A stretch of 64,000 nucleotides of DNA, taken from positions 8,100-72,099 of the IMG/VR virus record IMGVR_UViG_3300045988_121566. One strand, 5' to 3'. The number at the start of each line of letters is the position of its first letter. Position 1 is the first letter of the stretch. The notes beneath the pieces were generated by a model. The model saw only the letters and a list, made by a program, of their open reading frames with translations. It had not been told where the DNA came from and did no database searches. Positions 17,349 to 25,888 of this stretch are shown here, in pieces. This stretch comes from a virus. A program made the position numbers and the translations under genes.

Positions 17349-20087
17349 ATGGAAAGGAATACAGAAAGAAAAGTGCTGAGTTTCGGCAAGGGTATGACCA
17401 ACGTGCCCAGCGACATGATGAGTGATGACAACGAGCTGGAGGTATGTGACGGGTTTATCTACAGAGACGGAGAGTTGAAGCCGATACAGAAACCAGTGAA
17501 AATCGGCCAAACATCATATACAATCATGTATGTGCACAAGATGGCAGATTACAAAAACCTTATCGGAAAGTTGGAGCATACGCAGTCTATCATCTGCTAC
17601 AAAATGACGGATGACGGAATAGACATGGATAGCGGCCAGACGTTTAGTATAGGAGAACCTTCTGAGATAACGAGTGTGGGCAATACGTTGATATGTGTTA
17701 CAGAGAACGGCATACATTACCTGTTGTTCAAAGGTACGAAGTATGTAGACCTGGGAACAGAACTCCCCAAGCCAAAGGTGGAATTCAGAACGTTTGCCAC
17801 CAACATGTCAATAGGAAGCGGCAAGACAACTGCTCTCGATATAAGAGAGTTCTGTGAAACAAGCAAGAAAACAGCCTACTACGACGACTCTGGAAGCCTG
17901 ACCAGCGTAACGACCAGTAAAACCTCCACCTACTGGACTTATAAGCCAATAAACGATGTAAACAAGCTTAAAGATTTCCAAACAGCCGTACAGGGTCATG
18001 TTGCGTCTAAGATAAAGGAGGCAAAAGAAACAAACAAGTTCTGCTTCCCATTCTTTGTAAGATATGCTCTAAAACTGCACGATGGTTCTTATGCAAGAAT
18101 CAGCAACCCTATTCTTGTATGTCCTACAATCAACAGAAACTTCAAAATAGCACCACACCGTCACAATGGGGAAAATTATGAAGAATCTGTTAACAGGCAG
18201 ACGTTAGACTTAGAGAACGTTAATAGTAGTGCAGCTATTTATTTTATATACGTCATCGGGCATAGTGACCTATACTACAAAGCCTCTATAGAGGGTGCTG
18301 ACAACTGGAAAGACATCGTGAAAGAGATTGTAGTGTTTGCTTCCGATGAAGTAAGGCCTTTTGATATAGATGGAGATTTCGAGTTTAAAGAGCCGTTAGA
18401 AATGGATGGATACTGCTATATGAACCAAGTTTCTGGCAAACGGAAAGATTTAAGCGGCGGAATATTAGGTGTACCTGTTTTAGACCTTAATCAAAGTTAT
18501 AAGTTTACATATGATGAATACAAAGCGAGGTCGGTTATTATGCCTAAACATGTGAAATCGGACAGGGAGATTATAGATGCGTTGATGAGCAAGACGCAAT
18601 TCTACAAACTCTTTGCGATAAAGACAGATGAGGCGAACGGTAAACTTGAATATGCTCCTATAGCCAATCATGTGGTAGAAACGCTGACGGAGCAGGAGCA
18701 GCTAAAGACGGATGACTACTACGGATGGGCAACTATGGTGGCTAAGAAAGTGTACCCATACAATAACCGTCTTAATATGACAGGTGTGAAGAGAAAACCA
18801 TTCAGCGGTTTCAACGACTTTATACCTATCACAACAGGAGAGCAACCTGGAATGTCGGGCGTTATCGCGCCTTTCCCTGATGAGCAGGAATACGAAATAT
18901 ACACACATATAGTAGCTAACAGCATGGACGCATGGGTGAAAGCAGACGGGTATTACACGGCCTTACCAGAAATGATAGGCAGCTGGATATACTACCCAGA
19001 CCCTAACGCAACAGAAATGCTGATTATAGACAAGGACACTGGGAGCGCATCCCACATAAAACTGAAAGTACATCCAAGGCTGAACGGAGCATACTGCTTT
19101 GACAAACTGCCATTCCCGAGAATAACGTATGACGGATTTGAAGATGACAATGCAAGGCCGGTGGTGGATCAGAACGCCCACGAGACGCTGGACTCAAATA
19201 TCTACACTTCTGTGGTGAACAACCCATTCCTATTTGAAGCGAGTGGAGATAACACCGTAGGAACGGGAAGCATACTTGGGATCATAGCGAACACAGAGGC
19301 TATCAGTCAGGGACAGTTCGGTCAATATCCACTGATTGTATTCACATCAGAAGGTATATACGCCATGAGCGTGACGAACGAAGGTATGTATGGCAGCATA
19401 CACCCCATATCGAGAGAAGTATGCCTTGAGAATTCTCCACTTGTTCCTACTGACAAACTGGTGTACTTTGCTTCGGAGAAGGGGTTGATGGCAGCAAGCG
19501 GAGCAGAAACGGCACCTATGAGTGAACAGTTAAAAGGTAGATCAAGCATGCAGGATGGAGGATTTGCCAACTATCTAAAGAACTGCCTTATAGTCTACGA
19601 CTACAGAGACTCACTCCTAAGGATATACAGCAAGGTCTACCCCTGGCAGTATATCTACAACATGAAGGACAAGACCTTTTCGGTAGTGGAGAACGGAGTG
19701 AAGGCAAAGGCGTTGGCGAACGACTACCCAGACAATCTGATACAAGATACGGACGGAAACGTCTATTCTCTTACGACCAAGCCGGACATCGTTCATGACG
19801 ATAATACTTACAGCGGAACCGTTACGACAAGAGCCCTGAAACTGGGAGGAAGCATTATGCAGAAATCGCTGAGGTCCGTCAAACACCTTATGGACGCATC
19901 GGATAACGGCAAGGTGAAACTGGAAGTATGGGGAAGCAACAATGCCAAACATTGGAGGAAGCTGAACAGTCTTGGCGGTAAGCCTTGGGCATATTTCAAG
20001 ATAAGATACACGCTTACTGGGTTTCGAGCGTCTGACTCGTATGCAGGAACCGTGATAGAGGTACAGAAGCGGAGAGAAGATAAATAA
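17349..20087 (+). CDS. large virion structural protein (912 aa), function unknown
   Basis: ORF track with an ATG start. Last gene of the + strand morphogenesis operon and followed by a hairpin. Confidence 0.6.
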   Translation: MERNTERKVLSFGKGMTNVPSDMMSDDNELEVCDGFIYRDGELKPIQKPVKIGQTSYTIMYVHKMADYKNLIGKLEHTQSIICYKMTDDGIDMDSGQTFSIGEPSEITSVGNTLICVTENGIHYLLFKGTKYVDLGTELPKPKVEFRTFATNMSIGSGKTTALDIREFCETSKKTAYYDDSGSLTSVTTSKTSTYWTYKPINDVNKLKDFQTAVQGHVASKIKEAKETNKFCFPFFVRYALKLHDGSYARISNPILVCPTINRNFKIAPHRHNGENYEESVNRQTLDLENVNSSAAIYFIYVIGHSDLYYKASIEGADNWKDIVKEIVVFASDEVRPFDIDGDFEFKEPLEMDGYCYMNQVSGKRKDLSGGILGVPVLDLNQSYKFTYDEYKARSVIMPKHVKSDREIIDALMSKTQFYKLFAIKTDEANGKLEYAPIANHVVETLTEQEQLKTDDYYGWATMVAKKVYPYNNRLNMTGVKRKPFSGFNDFIPITTGEQPGMSGVIAPFPDEQEYEIYTHIVANSMDAWVKADGYYTALPEMIGSWIYYPDPNATEMLIIDKDTGSASHIKLKVHPRLNGAYCFDKLPFPRITYDGFEDDNARPVVDQNAHETLDSNIYTSVVNNPFLFEASGDNTVGTGSILGIIANTEAISQGQFGQYPLIVFTSEGIYAMSVTNEGMYGSIHPISREVCLENSPLVPTDKLVYFASEKGLMAASGAETAPMSEQLKGRSSMQDGGFANYLKNCLIVYDYRDSLLRIYSKVYPWQYIYNMKDKTFSVVENGVKAKALANDYPDNLIQDTDGNVYSLTTKPDIVHDDNTYSGTVTTRALKLGGSIMQKSLRSVKHLMDASDNGKVKLEVWGSNNAKHWRKLNSLGGKPWAYFKIRYTLTGFRASDSYAGTVIEVQKRREDK

Positions 20088-20099
20088 GACAAGAGAACA

Positions 20100-20130
20100 G
20101 AGGCGGCTACTCATCACGAGCAGCCGCCTC
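20100..20130. terminator. hairpin between convergent genes (candidate bidirectional terminator)
   Basis: GAGGCGGCT (20100-20108) pairs with AGCCGCCTC (20122-20130) across a 13-nt loop. Lies between the convergent 17349-20087 (+) and 20155-20658 (-) genes. There is no clear U-tract. Confidence 0.45.
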
Positions 20131-20154
20131 TTAGGATAGTGATATCAAATTACT

Positions 20155-20658
20155 TCAAAAGTATGGAATGTGTGAATATTTAGTAACAATACGTCCGATG
20201 ATAAAACCAATGATGTATGCATAGAAGTGAAGTATGCCGTTGACTCCAGGCATGAGCATCGCGAGAACGATGAAAGGCATAACCACGCAACAGGAGTCAA
20301 AAAATCTGCCAGTCTTACCCCACATGATGCCTATGGCAGCGAAGATAACTCCAGAAAGCCCGACAGTGGGCTGAGACACATACGTCGGCAAGAAACTCGA
20401 CAAAACCGCAGCGAAGAGGCTTGCGCAAAGACATATACGATTGCGCAGCGACCACAGGACAACGAGGTTGGCTGCAAGATGAAAAATGTTGGCGTGACAA
20501 AACGAATATGTAAGATGAGAGACGAAGCTACTTCCGGGGAAGAAGCCTGCATTATCTGGACGTGCGACGAAAACCGCCAGACTTACGCAAGTGAGCAAGG
20601 TCTTTATCAGAAAGTTTGTCTTTTCCGAAGATTTCTTTGTGATGATAATATTCTCCAT
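20155..20658 (-). CDS. rhomboid-family intramembrane serine protease (minimal 6-TM core, 167 aa)
   Basis: All three GlpG-type signatures are present: HANIFHLAANL (HxxxxHxxxN), VGLSGVIFAAIG (GxSG catalytic Ser) and NGILHFYAYIIGFIIG (catalytic His). Confidence 0.8.
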   Translation of the reverse strand: MENIIITKKSSEKTNFLIKTLLTCVSLAVFVARPDNAGFFPGSSFVSHLTYSFCHANIFHLAANLVVLWSLRNRICLCASLFAAVLSSFLPTYVSQPTVGLSGVIFAAIGIMWGKTGRFFDSCCVVMPFIVLAMLMPGVNGILHFYAYIIGFIIGRIVTKYSHIPYF

Positions 20659-21049
20659 ATTTCTTTCCGCAACTAATAGCCTTTCGCACTGTTTCTATAC
20701 TTGCATAGAACTCTGGCGCAGGCTGAGATACCAAGAAGGGAGTGATGAACCACAGTGACTTGCCTATGAACTCCTTCTGCTGAGACAGCTTGTCGAGTCT
20801 GCGGAACAGTTCGTAGTACATACGTTGTTCTCTTGGACTCTTTGCATCGACCACAGTGAAATCGCCACGTACCATATAGCGCAGGACATTGTAAGCCGTT
20901 TTGGGGCTGACATAGAACCGATGAGCATCATGACGAGCCGTCTTGATCCACGCCTCCTTCTGAGAATGACAGTTGGTGTAGACTTGCCTGTAGGCGCTAA
21001 GTAAATCGCGCCTCATAGCGACTGTAAGGTCAAATCCTCTTCTTGGCAT
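20552..21049 (-). CDS. hypothetical protein (165 aa)
   Basis: ORF track with an ATG start 24 nt downstream of a TATCTTTG box. Its last 107 nt overlap the rhomboid ORF out of frame. Confidence 0.5.
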   Translation of the reverse strand: MPRRGFDLTVAMRRDLLSAYRQVYTNCHSQKEAWIKTARHDAHRFYVSPKTAYNVLRYMVRGDFTVVDAKSPREQRMYYELFRRLDKLSQQKEFIGKSLWFITPFLVSQPAPEFYASIETVRKAISCGKKYGEYYHHKEIFGKDKLSDKDLAHLRKSGGFRRTSR

Positions 21050-21072
21050 AGGTTATTTATTATAGTACGCTG

Positions 21073-21080
21073 CAAAGATA
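21073..21080 (-). promoter_or_regulatory. Bacteroidota-type -7 promoter box (TATCTTTG on the minus strand)
   Basis: The + strand CAAAGATA equals TAnnTTTG on the minus strand, just upstream of the ATG at 21049. Confidence 0.4.
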
Positions 21081-21177
21081 CGTCTTATTTAGATAAAATC
21101 CAAATAAGCAGTTGTATATTTATCGTTAAATATTCTAAAAAGATATTATTTAAGCAATGATTTGTTGCAAAAATGCC

Positions 21178-21185
21178 TATATTTG
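21178..21185 (+). promoter_or_regulatory. Bacteroidota-type -7 promoter box (TATATTTG)
   Basis: TAnnTTTG match in the AT-rich divergent intergenic region, with a TTTG at 21161-21164. About 80 nt upstream of the 21264 ATG. Confidence 0.4.
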
Positions 21186-21263
21186 CAGTGAATTGTAATG
21201 TAAAAGGCATGTTTGATACATAATTAACTCAAACCAAGCAAAAATAAATAAAAACTGAAAGTT

Positions 21264-21734
21264 ATGGAAACAGAACAAGAAGAAAGTCCGATTTCGGAAG
21301 AAGAGCGGCGTGCGATACGTTCGCGATTGCTTGACAGAGGCATATTCAAGCTGTATGAGATTGGTGTGAAATGGATTCCCATCCCGCTAATGATCGGTCA
21401 CTGGTACGGAGTTTGGGACTATTCGAGATATTCGCGTCCCATTATCCTTGACACGGATACGAACGGAAACTGCGTGATATGGCTTTATATACTGGCTTAT
21501 GTCTATATGCCGCTTGCCATGCTGCCAGCGAGTTATTTCTATAAATACTGCTGGATGTTCAGAATACCCTTCCTTTATTTTTTCGGTATTAATGCCATAA
21601 GAATATACTACAAGAGCTGGATGATACGCCCGGAACAGATAGAGGCGCATCATATATTTATTATATTCACAATTATACTTTACATTTATGGATTCATTAA
21701 ACTTACTTTTGAGCGAGGTACGAAATGCGCTTAG
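21264..21734 (+). CDS. hypothetical integral membrane protein (156 aa)
   Basis: ORF track. Several hydrophobic segments (WIPIPLMIGHWYGVW, VIWLYILAYVYMPLAMLPA, IFIIFTIILYIYGFI). Confidence 0.55.
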   Translation: METEQEESPISEEERRAIRSRLLDRGIFKLYEIGVKWIPIPLMIGHWYGVWDYSRYSRPIILDTDTNGNCVIWLYILAYVYMPLAMLPASYFYKYCWMFRIPFLYFFGINAIRIYYKSWMIRPEQIEAHHIFIIFTIILYIYGFIKLTFERGTKCA

Positions 21735-21735
21735 A

Positions 21736-22149
21736 ATGTTGGAAGAAGGAGAGTGTGGTATGAGTAAGGAGCAGGAGGAGAACGCCTACAGAGCCATACA
21801 ATACTACAAGAACGGAGTGAGTCACTTTGACGAGTTGACAGCGAGAGGCTGCATCTCACAGATGTACTACTACGACAGTGATACCCACAGGAGCTATGCT
21901 CCATTTGTGAGCTACGAGGACATAGAAAAGGAGTACAGACGCGTAGGTAAGGATATACCTGACTACAATCTATGGGACTTCGCGGTAACGATGAATCTGA
22001 TGTATTCGAACCACATAGAGTTGGTGAGAAAATGGACGAAGGACAAAGGCAGTCTGATTGGGAGGATGAGCGAGTTGTCGGTAAGTTTTCTGAATGACGA
22101 GGATACTGTCCATCCTACAGATAAGATATTCTGGTACATGATGGGATAG
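21736..22149 (+). CDS. hypothetical protein (137 aa)
   Basis: The track ORF starts at 21688 and overlaps the upstream gene by 47 nt. The in-frame ATG at 21736 sits 1 nt after the upstream stop and is preferred. Confidence 0.5.
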   Translation: MLEEGECGMSKEQEENAYRAIQYYKNGVSHFDELTARGCISQMYYYDSDTHRSYAPFVSYEDIEKEYRRVGKDIPDYNLWDFAVTMNLMYSNHIELVRKWTKDKGSLIGRMSELSVSFLNDEDTVHPTDKIFWYMMG

Positions 22150-22216
22150 GTAAGACTACTAAGAGAAAAAGGTGAAAGAAAAGCGCATATCTTTGTAGGC
22201 AACAAAAATCAAAGAT

Positions 22217-22657
22217 ATGACAGAGATAATACATACATTTTTGCAAGAGCATCTATACAGATCGGCGCTGGTGATAGCTATCTGTATGGGTGCTCTTATC
22301 GTATCTATGGCCGTAGACCTGTTCTTCGGCATAAAGAAGGCGAGACAGAACGGAGAGGCTACGACCAGCATGGGGCTAAAGAAAACCTGCGACAAGGCAA
22401 GAAAGTATTTCTCGCCATTCTTGGTTACGGTGTGCATAGACCTGATAGCCTGCATCGTGATGCCGTTCCCGGTATTCTCGATGATATGGGCAGGGTACTG
22501 CGTGTTTTGCGAATTCATGAGTGTGAGAGAAAAGTCATGGCAGAAGGCAGAGATACGCAAGCAGGAAAAGACAATAAGCATACTATTGGAGAACAAAGAC
22601 GACCTGGCAAAGGCTTTTGCTGAGGTTCTAAAGAAACAGCAGGAGGCAGAGAAATGA
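22217..22657 (+). CDS. holin (LL-H / holin_4-like)
   Basis: TM segments are present. Motif AVDLFFGIKKARQNGEATTSMGLKKTCDK resembles the D-x-x-x-G-x-x-x-A...S-x-x-G...K pattern of this holin family. The stop overlaps the endolysin start (ATGA). Confidence 0.6.
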   Translation: MTEIIHTFLQEHLYRSALVIAICMGALIVSMAVDLFFGIKKARQNGEATTSMGLKKTCDKARKYFSPFLVTVCIDLIACIVMPFPVFSMIWAGYCVFCEFMSVREKSWQKAEIRKQEKTISILLENKDDLAKAFAEVLKKQQEAEK

Positions 22658-23199
22658 AGATAACGAGGCTGCAGATGTATGAAATCCTGGAAGACTGGGA
22701 CAGAGTGAGCTACTTTCTGCATTATATCAACGAGTGGTGTGATGTTTTTCATATCAATACACCACTGAGACTTGCTCACTTCATGGCTCAGGTATGTCAT
22801 GAGACCAACGGGCTGAGGTGTATGAGAGAACTCGGGAATCCATCGTACTTCCGAAAATACGAGGAAGGAAGGCTTGGAAAGATGCTCGGTAACAACATGA
22901 AGGGTGATGGCGCGAGATATAAGGGAAGAGGGATGCTGCACATTACAGGCAGAGTCAACTACAAGGCTTATCAGGACTCTGGATATTGCAAGGGCGACAT
23001 CATGGAGAATCCGGAACTGCTGGAAAAGCCGCTCGGTGCAACAAAGAGTGGTGCCTGGTGGTGGTGGAAGCACGGACTGAACGAGTTGGCCGACAAGGAC
23101 GATGTGGTGGCTGTGACGAAACGCATTAACGGAGGAACCAACGGGCTTGCGAGCAGGAAAAGATGGTTGGCAAAATGTAAAAAGGTGTTGTGCTCATGA
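22654..23199 (+). CDS. endolysin, glycoside hydrolase family 19-like (chitinase-like lysozyme)
   Basis: LAHFMAQVCHETNG...YKGRGMLHITGRVNYKAY...ATKSGAWWWWKHGLNELADKDDVVAVTKRINGGTNGLASRKRW matches the conserved GH19-type phage lysin pattern. Confidence 0.8.
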   Translation: MKITRLQMYEILEDWDRVSYFLHYINEWCDVFHINTPLRLAHFMAQVCHETNGLRCMRELGNPSYFRKYEEGRLGKMLGNNMKGDGARYKGRGMLHITGRVNYKAYQDSGYCKGDIMENPELLEKPLGATKSGAWWWWKHGLNELADKDDVVAVTKRINGGTNGLASRKRWLAKCKKVLCS

Positions 23200-23594
23200 A
23201 GTTGAACATTGCGATATTGGTGATATTAGCAGGGTTGGCTCTCGGAAGCTGCAAGACGAAGTACGTAAGTGTGCCTGAGATCCATACTGAGTACATAACG
23301 AGGGTGGACACGACTGTCATAATGGATAGTGTGTACCAGAGAGACTCGGTATATGTGGAGAGAAAGGGAGATACCCTGTACGTAAACAAGACATTGTATA
23401 GGGACAGGTATCATAATATATATAAGGTAAAGAAGGACACAGTCGTTAAACGTGACAGTGTGAACGTAGCTTACCCTGTGGAGAAGGAGATGAGTAGGAG
23501 CGAAAGGCTCTTTGTAGCGATTGGGAAGTTTTTTGCCGCATTGGTGATTGCGCTGCTTTTCGTGATTGGCGTGAAGCAGTATAAACGACATTGA
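23196..23594 (+). CDS. unimolecular-spanin-like lipoprotein
   Basis: MKLNIAILVILAGLALGSC is a lipobox signal, and there is a C-terminal TM helix (FVAIGKFFAALVIALLFVIGV). The ATG at 23196 overlaps the endolysin stop. The track's GTG start at 23190 is less likely. Confidence 0.5.
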   Translation: MKLNIAILVILAGLALGSCKTKYVSVPEIHTEYITRVDTTVIMDSVYQRDSVYVERKGDTLYVNKTLYRDRYHNIYKVKKDTVVKRDSVNVAYPVEKEMSRSERLFVAIGKFFAALVIALLFVIGVKQYKRH

Positions 23595-23595
23595 T

Positions 23596-23916
23596 ATGGT
23601 GAAGATAAGCGAGGAACTGGAGGCTATAGACAACCTGTTGATGGAGTTTCACGACAGGATAAGGTCTGGCAGATGTCTTGTCAACAGAACGCAGTCGGCC
23701 TTTCTGTTTGACTATCTACATAGGCTGGCAAATAAGGATGAGGCTATCAGCTTTGCTGAGGCTTGTAAATATACCAGGCTGCCATCTTCTACTTTTAGAA
23801 GATATGTGAAGGATGGCAAGTTGCCTGCTGGAAAGAAAAGACTCGGGTTTACCGAAAAAGTGTGGTACCCGAAAGAACTGGACGAATATTTAGATAGGTT
23901 AGTGAATAGGTTATAG
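23596..23916 (+). CDS. helix-turn-helix DNA-binding protein (excisionase/MerR-like HTH)
   Basis: The C-terminal AEACKYTRLPSSTFRRYVKDGKLPAGKK...WYPKELDEYL resembles HTH_17/excisionase-type domains. Confidence 0.45.
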   Translation: MVKISEELEAIDNLLMEFHDRIRSGRCLVNRTQSAFLFDYLHRLANKDEAISFAEACKYTRLPSSTFRRYVKDGKLPAGKKRLGFTEKVWYPKELDEYLDRLVNRL

Positions 23917-23998
23917 TTTTATGGGTTTTAGTTATTATGTTTTTAAGTTTTTTGAAAAAGCCCCCACTCAGTCGTGATGACCGGGTGGTGGCGTCTTT

Positions 23999-24391
23999 TT
24001 ATAAATGGCCATCACAAACAAAGAAATGAGTATTATCGGGGAGATTTTCAAAGTACGTTTTAATGTCACTTTCTGCCTCAAACTCCCACTTTAAGTTGTG
24101 TTCTGGAGTCTCATCTCTGATGTCATAGCATTCATAATATTGCCTCTTTCTAACTATTTTGTCATATAATTCCATATCATCCTTAGTAAACTCACAATCC
24201 TCTTGTTCTGGATATAAAGATTCAGAATGATGTGTGAGGTTTTCTAAAAGTTCTTTTTTCGTATATACTGTAAGGTAATCATACGAAAATGCTATTTCTG
24301 AAGGTGATTCACATAATAAATCTGGGCAGTCCTCAAAAATGTTGAACAAATTCTCGATTGTTCCAACGAATAAAACTCTACAATGTGACAT
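23999..24391 (-). CDS. hypothetical protein (130 aa)
   Basis: ORF track with an ATG start. Last gene of the long minus-strand early operon. Confidence 0.5.
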   Translation of the reverse strand: MSHCRVLFVGTIENLFNIFEDCPDLLCESPSEIAFSYDYLTVYTKKELLENLTHHSESLYPEQEDCEFTKDDMELYDKIVRKRQYYECYDIRDETPEHNLKWEFEAESDIKTYFENLPDNTHFFVCDGHL

Positions 24392-24417
24392 ACGCTATTT
24401 TTCTTTAAGTTTTATTT

Positions 24418-24666
24418 TTATGATCCAATGCGAATATCACCATTATCATAGGTTGATACACTGCAAGCGTCACTATACTCAAATCCAGTAGATACGAAAA
24501 CAGGTTTATCTCCATTTTCTTCTATCAACTTTTTGAGTTCTCTGATAACATCAGTAGCCATAAGTTGACGTTCTGGCTTGTAAATATTTTTGTTATCAAA
24601 TGTGAACCCACGTTCTTCCATCAATTTTTTAAGATTTGGGTCTAAACAAATTTTATACTTAACCAT
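24418..24666 (-). CDS. hypothetical protein (82 aa)
   Basis: ORF track with an ATG start. Tiles with its neighbours. Confidence 0.5.
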   Translation of the reverse strand: MVKYKICLDPNLKKLMEERGFTFDNKNIYKPERQLMATDVIRELKKLIEENGDKPVFVSTGFEYSDACSVSTYDNGDIRIGS

Positions 24667-24674
24667 ATCTATTC

Positions 24675-24875
24675 TTATTTAAGTTCTACTGGCTCATCGT
24701 TCCAGCTTAATTCTCTTCCGATGAGCTTCTTGATGCTACCTTTTGGAAGCTCTACGTAGTCGTACACTCTATTTTCGTATTCGCAAAATGTTGGCTCCCA
24801 TACACAATAAAATCGTTGTGGCATTGATTCATAGATGTATTCGTCACCATACCTATTAACTGCTACCCATGCCAT
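24675..24875 (-). CDS. hypothetical protein (66 aa)
   Basis: The track start at 24929 is a TTG. The ATG at 24875 (MAWVAVNRYG...) is preceded by AAAGAGGAGGAATAGTT. Confidence 0.45.
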   Translation of the reverse strand: MAWVAVNRYGDEYIYESMPQRFYCVWEPTFCEYENRVYDYVELPKGSIKKLIGRELSWNDEPVELK

Positions 24876-24988
24876 AACTATTCCTCCTCTTTCATATAAG
24901 GGCAACACTCTGCGTATATATACTTGCAAATATCACTTAATTTGCAAAGTTGACAATCTCCAATCATAACTATATTGTAATTCTATTG

Positions 24989-25762
24989 TTAGAATAGGCT
25001 CGGCTGCGCCATTTCAAGTTGAATGCGCTTGCAAGCCTTGTCGTAATATTCTTTGTTTAATTCAAAGCCGATGAAGTTGCGCTTCTCACGGATGGCTGCA
25101 ATGGCGGTGGTGCCACTTCCAGAACAGTTATCCAATATAGTGTCGCCCTCGTTGGAGTAGGTGCGAATGAGGTACTGAATAAGAGCTACGGGCTTTTGAG
25201 TGGGGTGGAAGGTGTCAGCAGAATGTTCCTTATCGAAACATATAATGCTCTTTGGGAATTTTTCATCTGATACGATAGTAGGCACTTCTTTATGGTCGCC
25301 GTAGCAACCTCGCTTCAAACTATGAGAACCATCGCCCTTTCTATGGTTTCGTTGATGTGGCGCACATTTTACCATCTGAGGGTTGTAGATAGGCAGCTTT
25401 CGATAAAATACTGCAATATCCTCATGCGAGCGTAAAGGCATTTTGTTCGCATTTAGAAAGCCAGTTGGACGCTGCTTGCTCCAAATGAGATTGTATTTCC
25501 AAAGTTTAGGCTGCGACATCATAAGCTGCGCAGTGAACATACCCTGACAGAATAGAATAATGGCTGCATTAGGCTTTGTAATGCGTAGATATTGCGCCCA
25601 TAATGGCTCAATCGGAATAAGGCTATCCCATCCTCCTCCTTCACTCTGCTTGTTGAGGACACCATACGGCAAATCGCATATCACGCAATCCACGCTTCCG
25701 TCAGGAATACGTTTCATTCCTTCGAGGCAGTCTTCATTATATATCTTATTCAGTTCAATCAT
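24989..25762 (-). CDS. DNA methyltransferase (N6-adenine/N4-cytosine, beta class)
   Basis: Motif IV variant VICDLPYG comes before motif I DNCSGSGTTAIAA. The N-terminus MIELNKIYNEDCLEGMKRIPDGSVD is typical of this family. Trimmed to the ATG at 25762. No adjacent restriction gene is evident. Confidence 0.85.
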   Translation of the reverse strand: MIELNKIYNEDCLEGMKRIPDGSVDCVICDLPYGVLNKQSEGGGWDSLIPIEPLWAQYLRITKPNAAIILFCQGMFTAQLMMSQPKLWKYNLIWSKQRPTGFLNANKMPLRSHEDIAVFYRKLPIYNPQMVKCAPHQRNHRKGDGSHSLKRGCYGDHKEVPTIVSDEKFPKSIICFDKEHSADTFHPTQKPVALIQYLIRTYSNEGDTILDNCSGSGTTAIAAIREKRNFIGFELNKEYYDKACKRIQLEMAQPSLF

Positions 25763-25888
25763 GCTTTGTTGTTTTTGTGTTGTTATGTTTTTGTAGAACG
25801 TGTTAAACAATCGCATTTTCATTAATACGTCATGTTTGATATGTTAAGAAATTATCGTTTCATCAACATAAGGTTATACCTATTACCT

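Noticed and set aside
22159-23073. A 304-aa minus-strand ORF.
   Set aside because: It is antisense to the holin and endolysin genes, which have strong family motifs. Its translation is Ser/Leu/Cys/Phe-rich.
23940-24000. A possible bidirectional terminator between the convergent 23596-23916 (+) and 23999-24391 (-) genes (CCCCCAC...GTGGTGG).
   Set aside because: The stem pairs imperfectly by hand and the flanking T/A runs are short. This is not enough to annotate.
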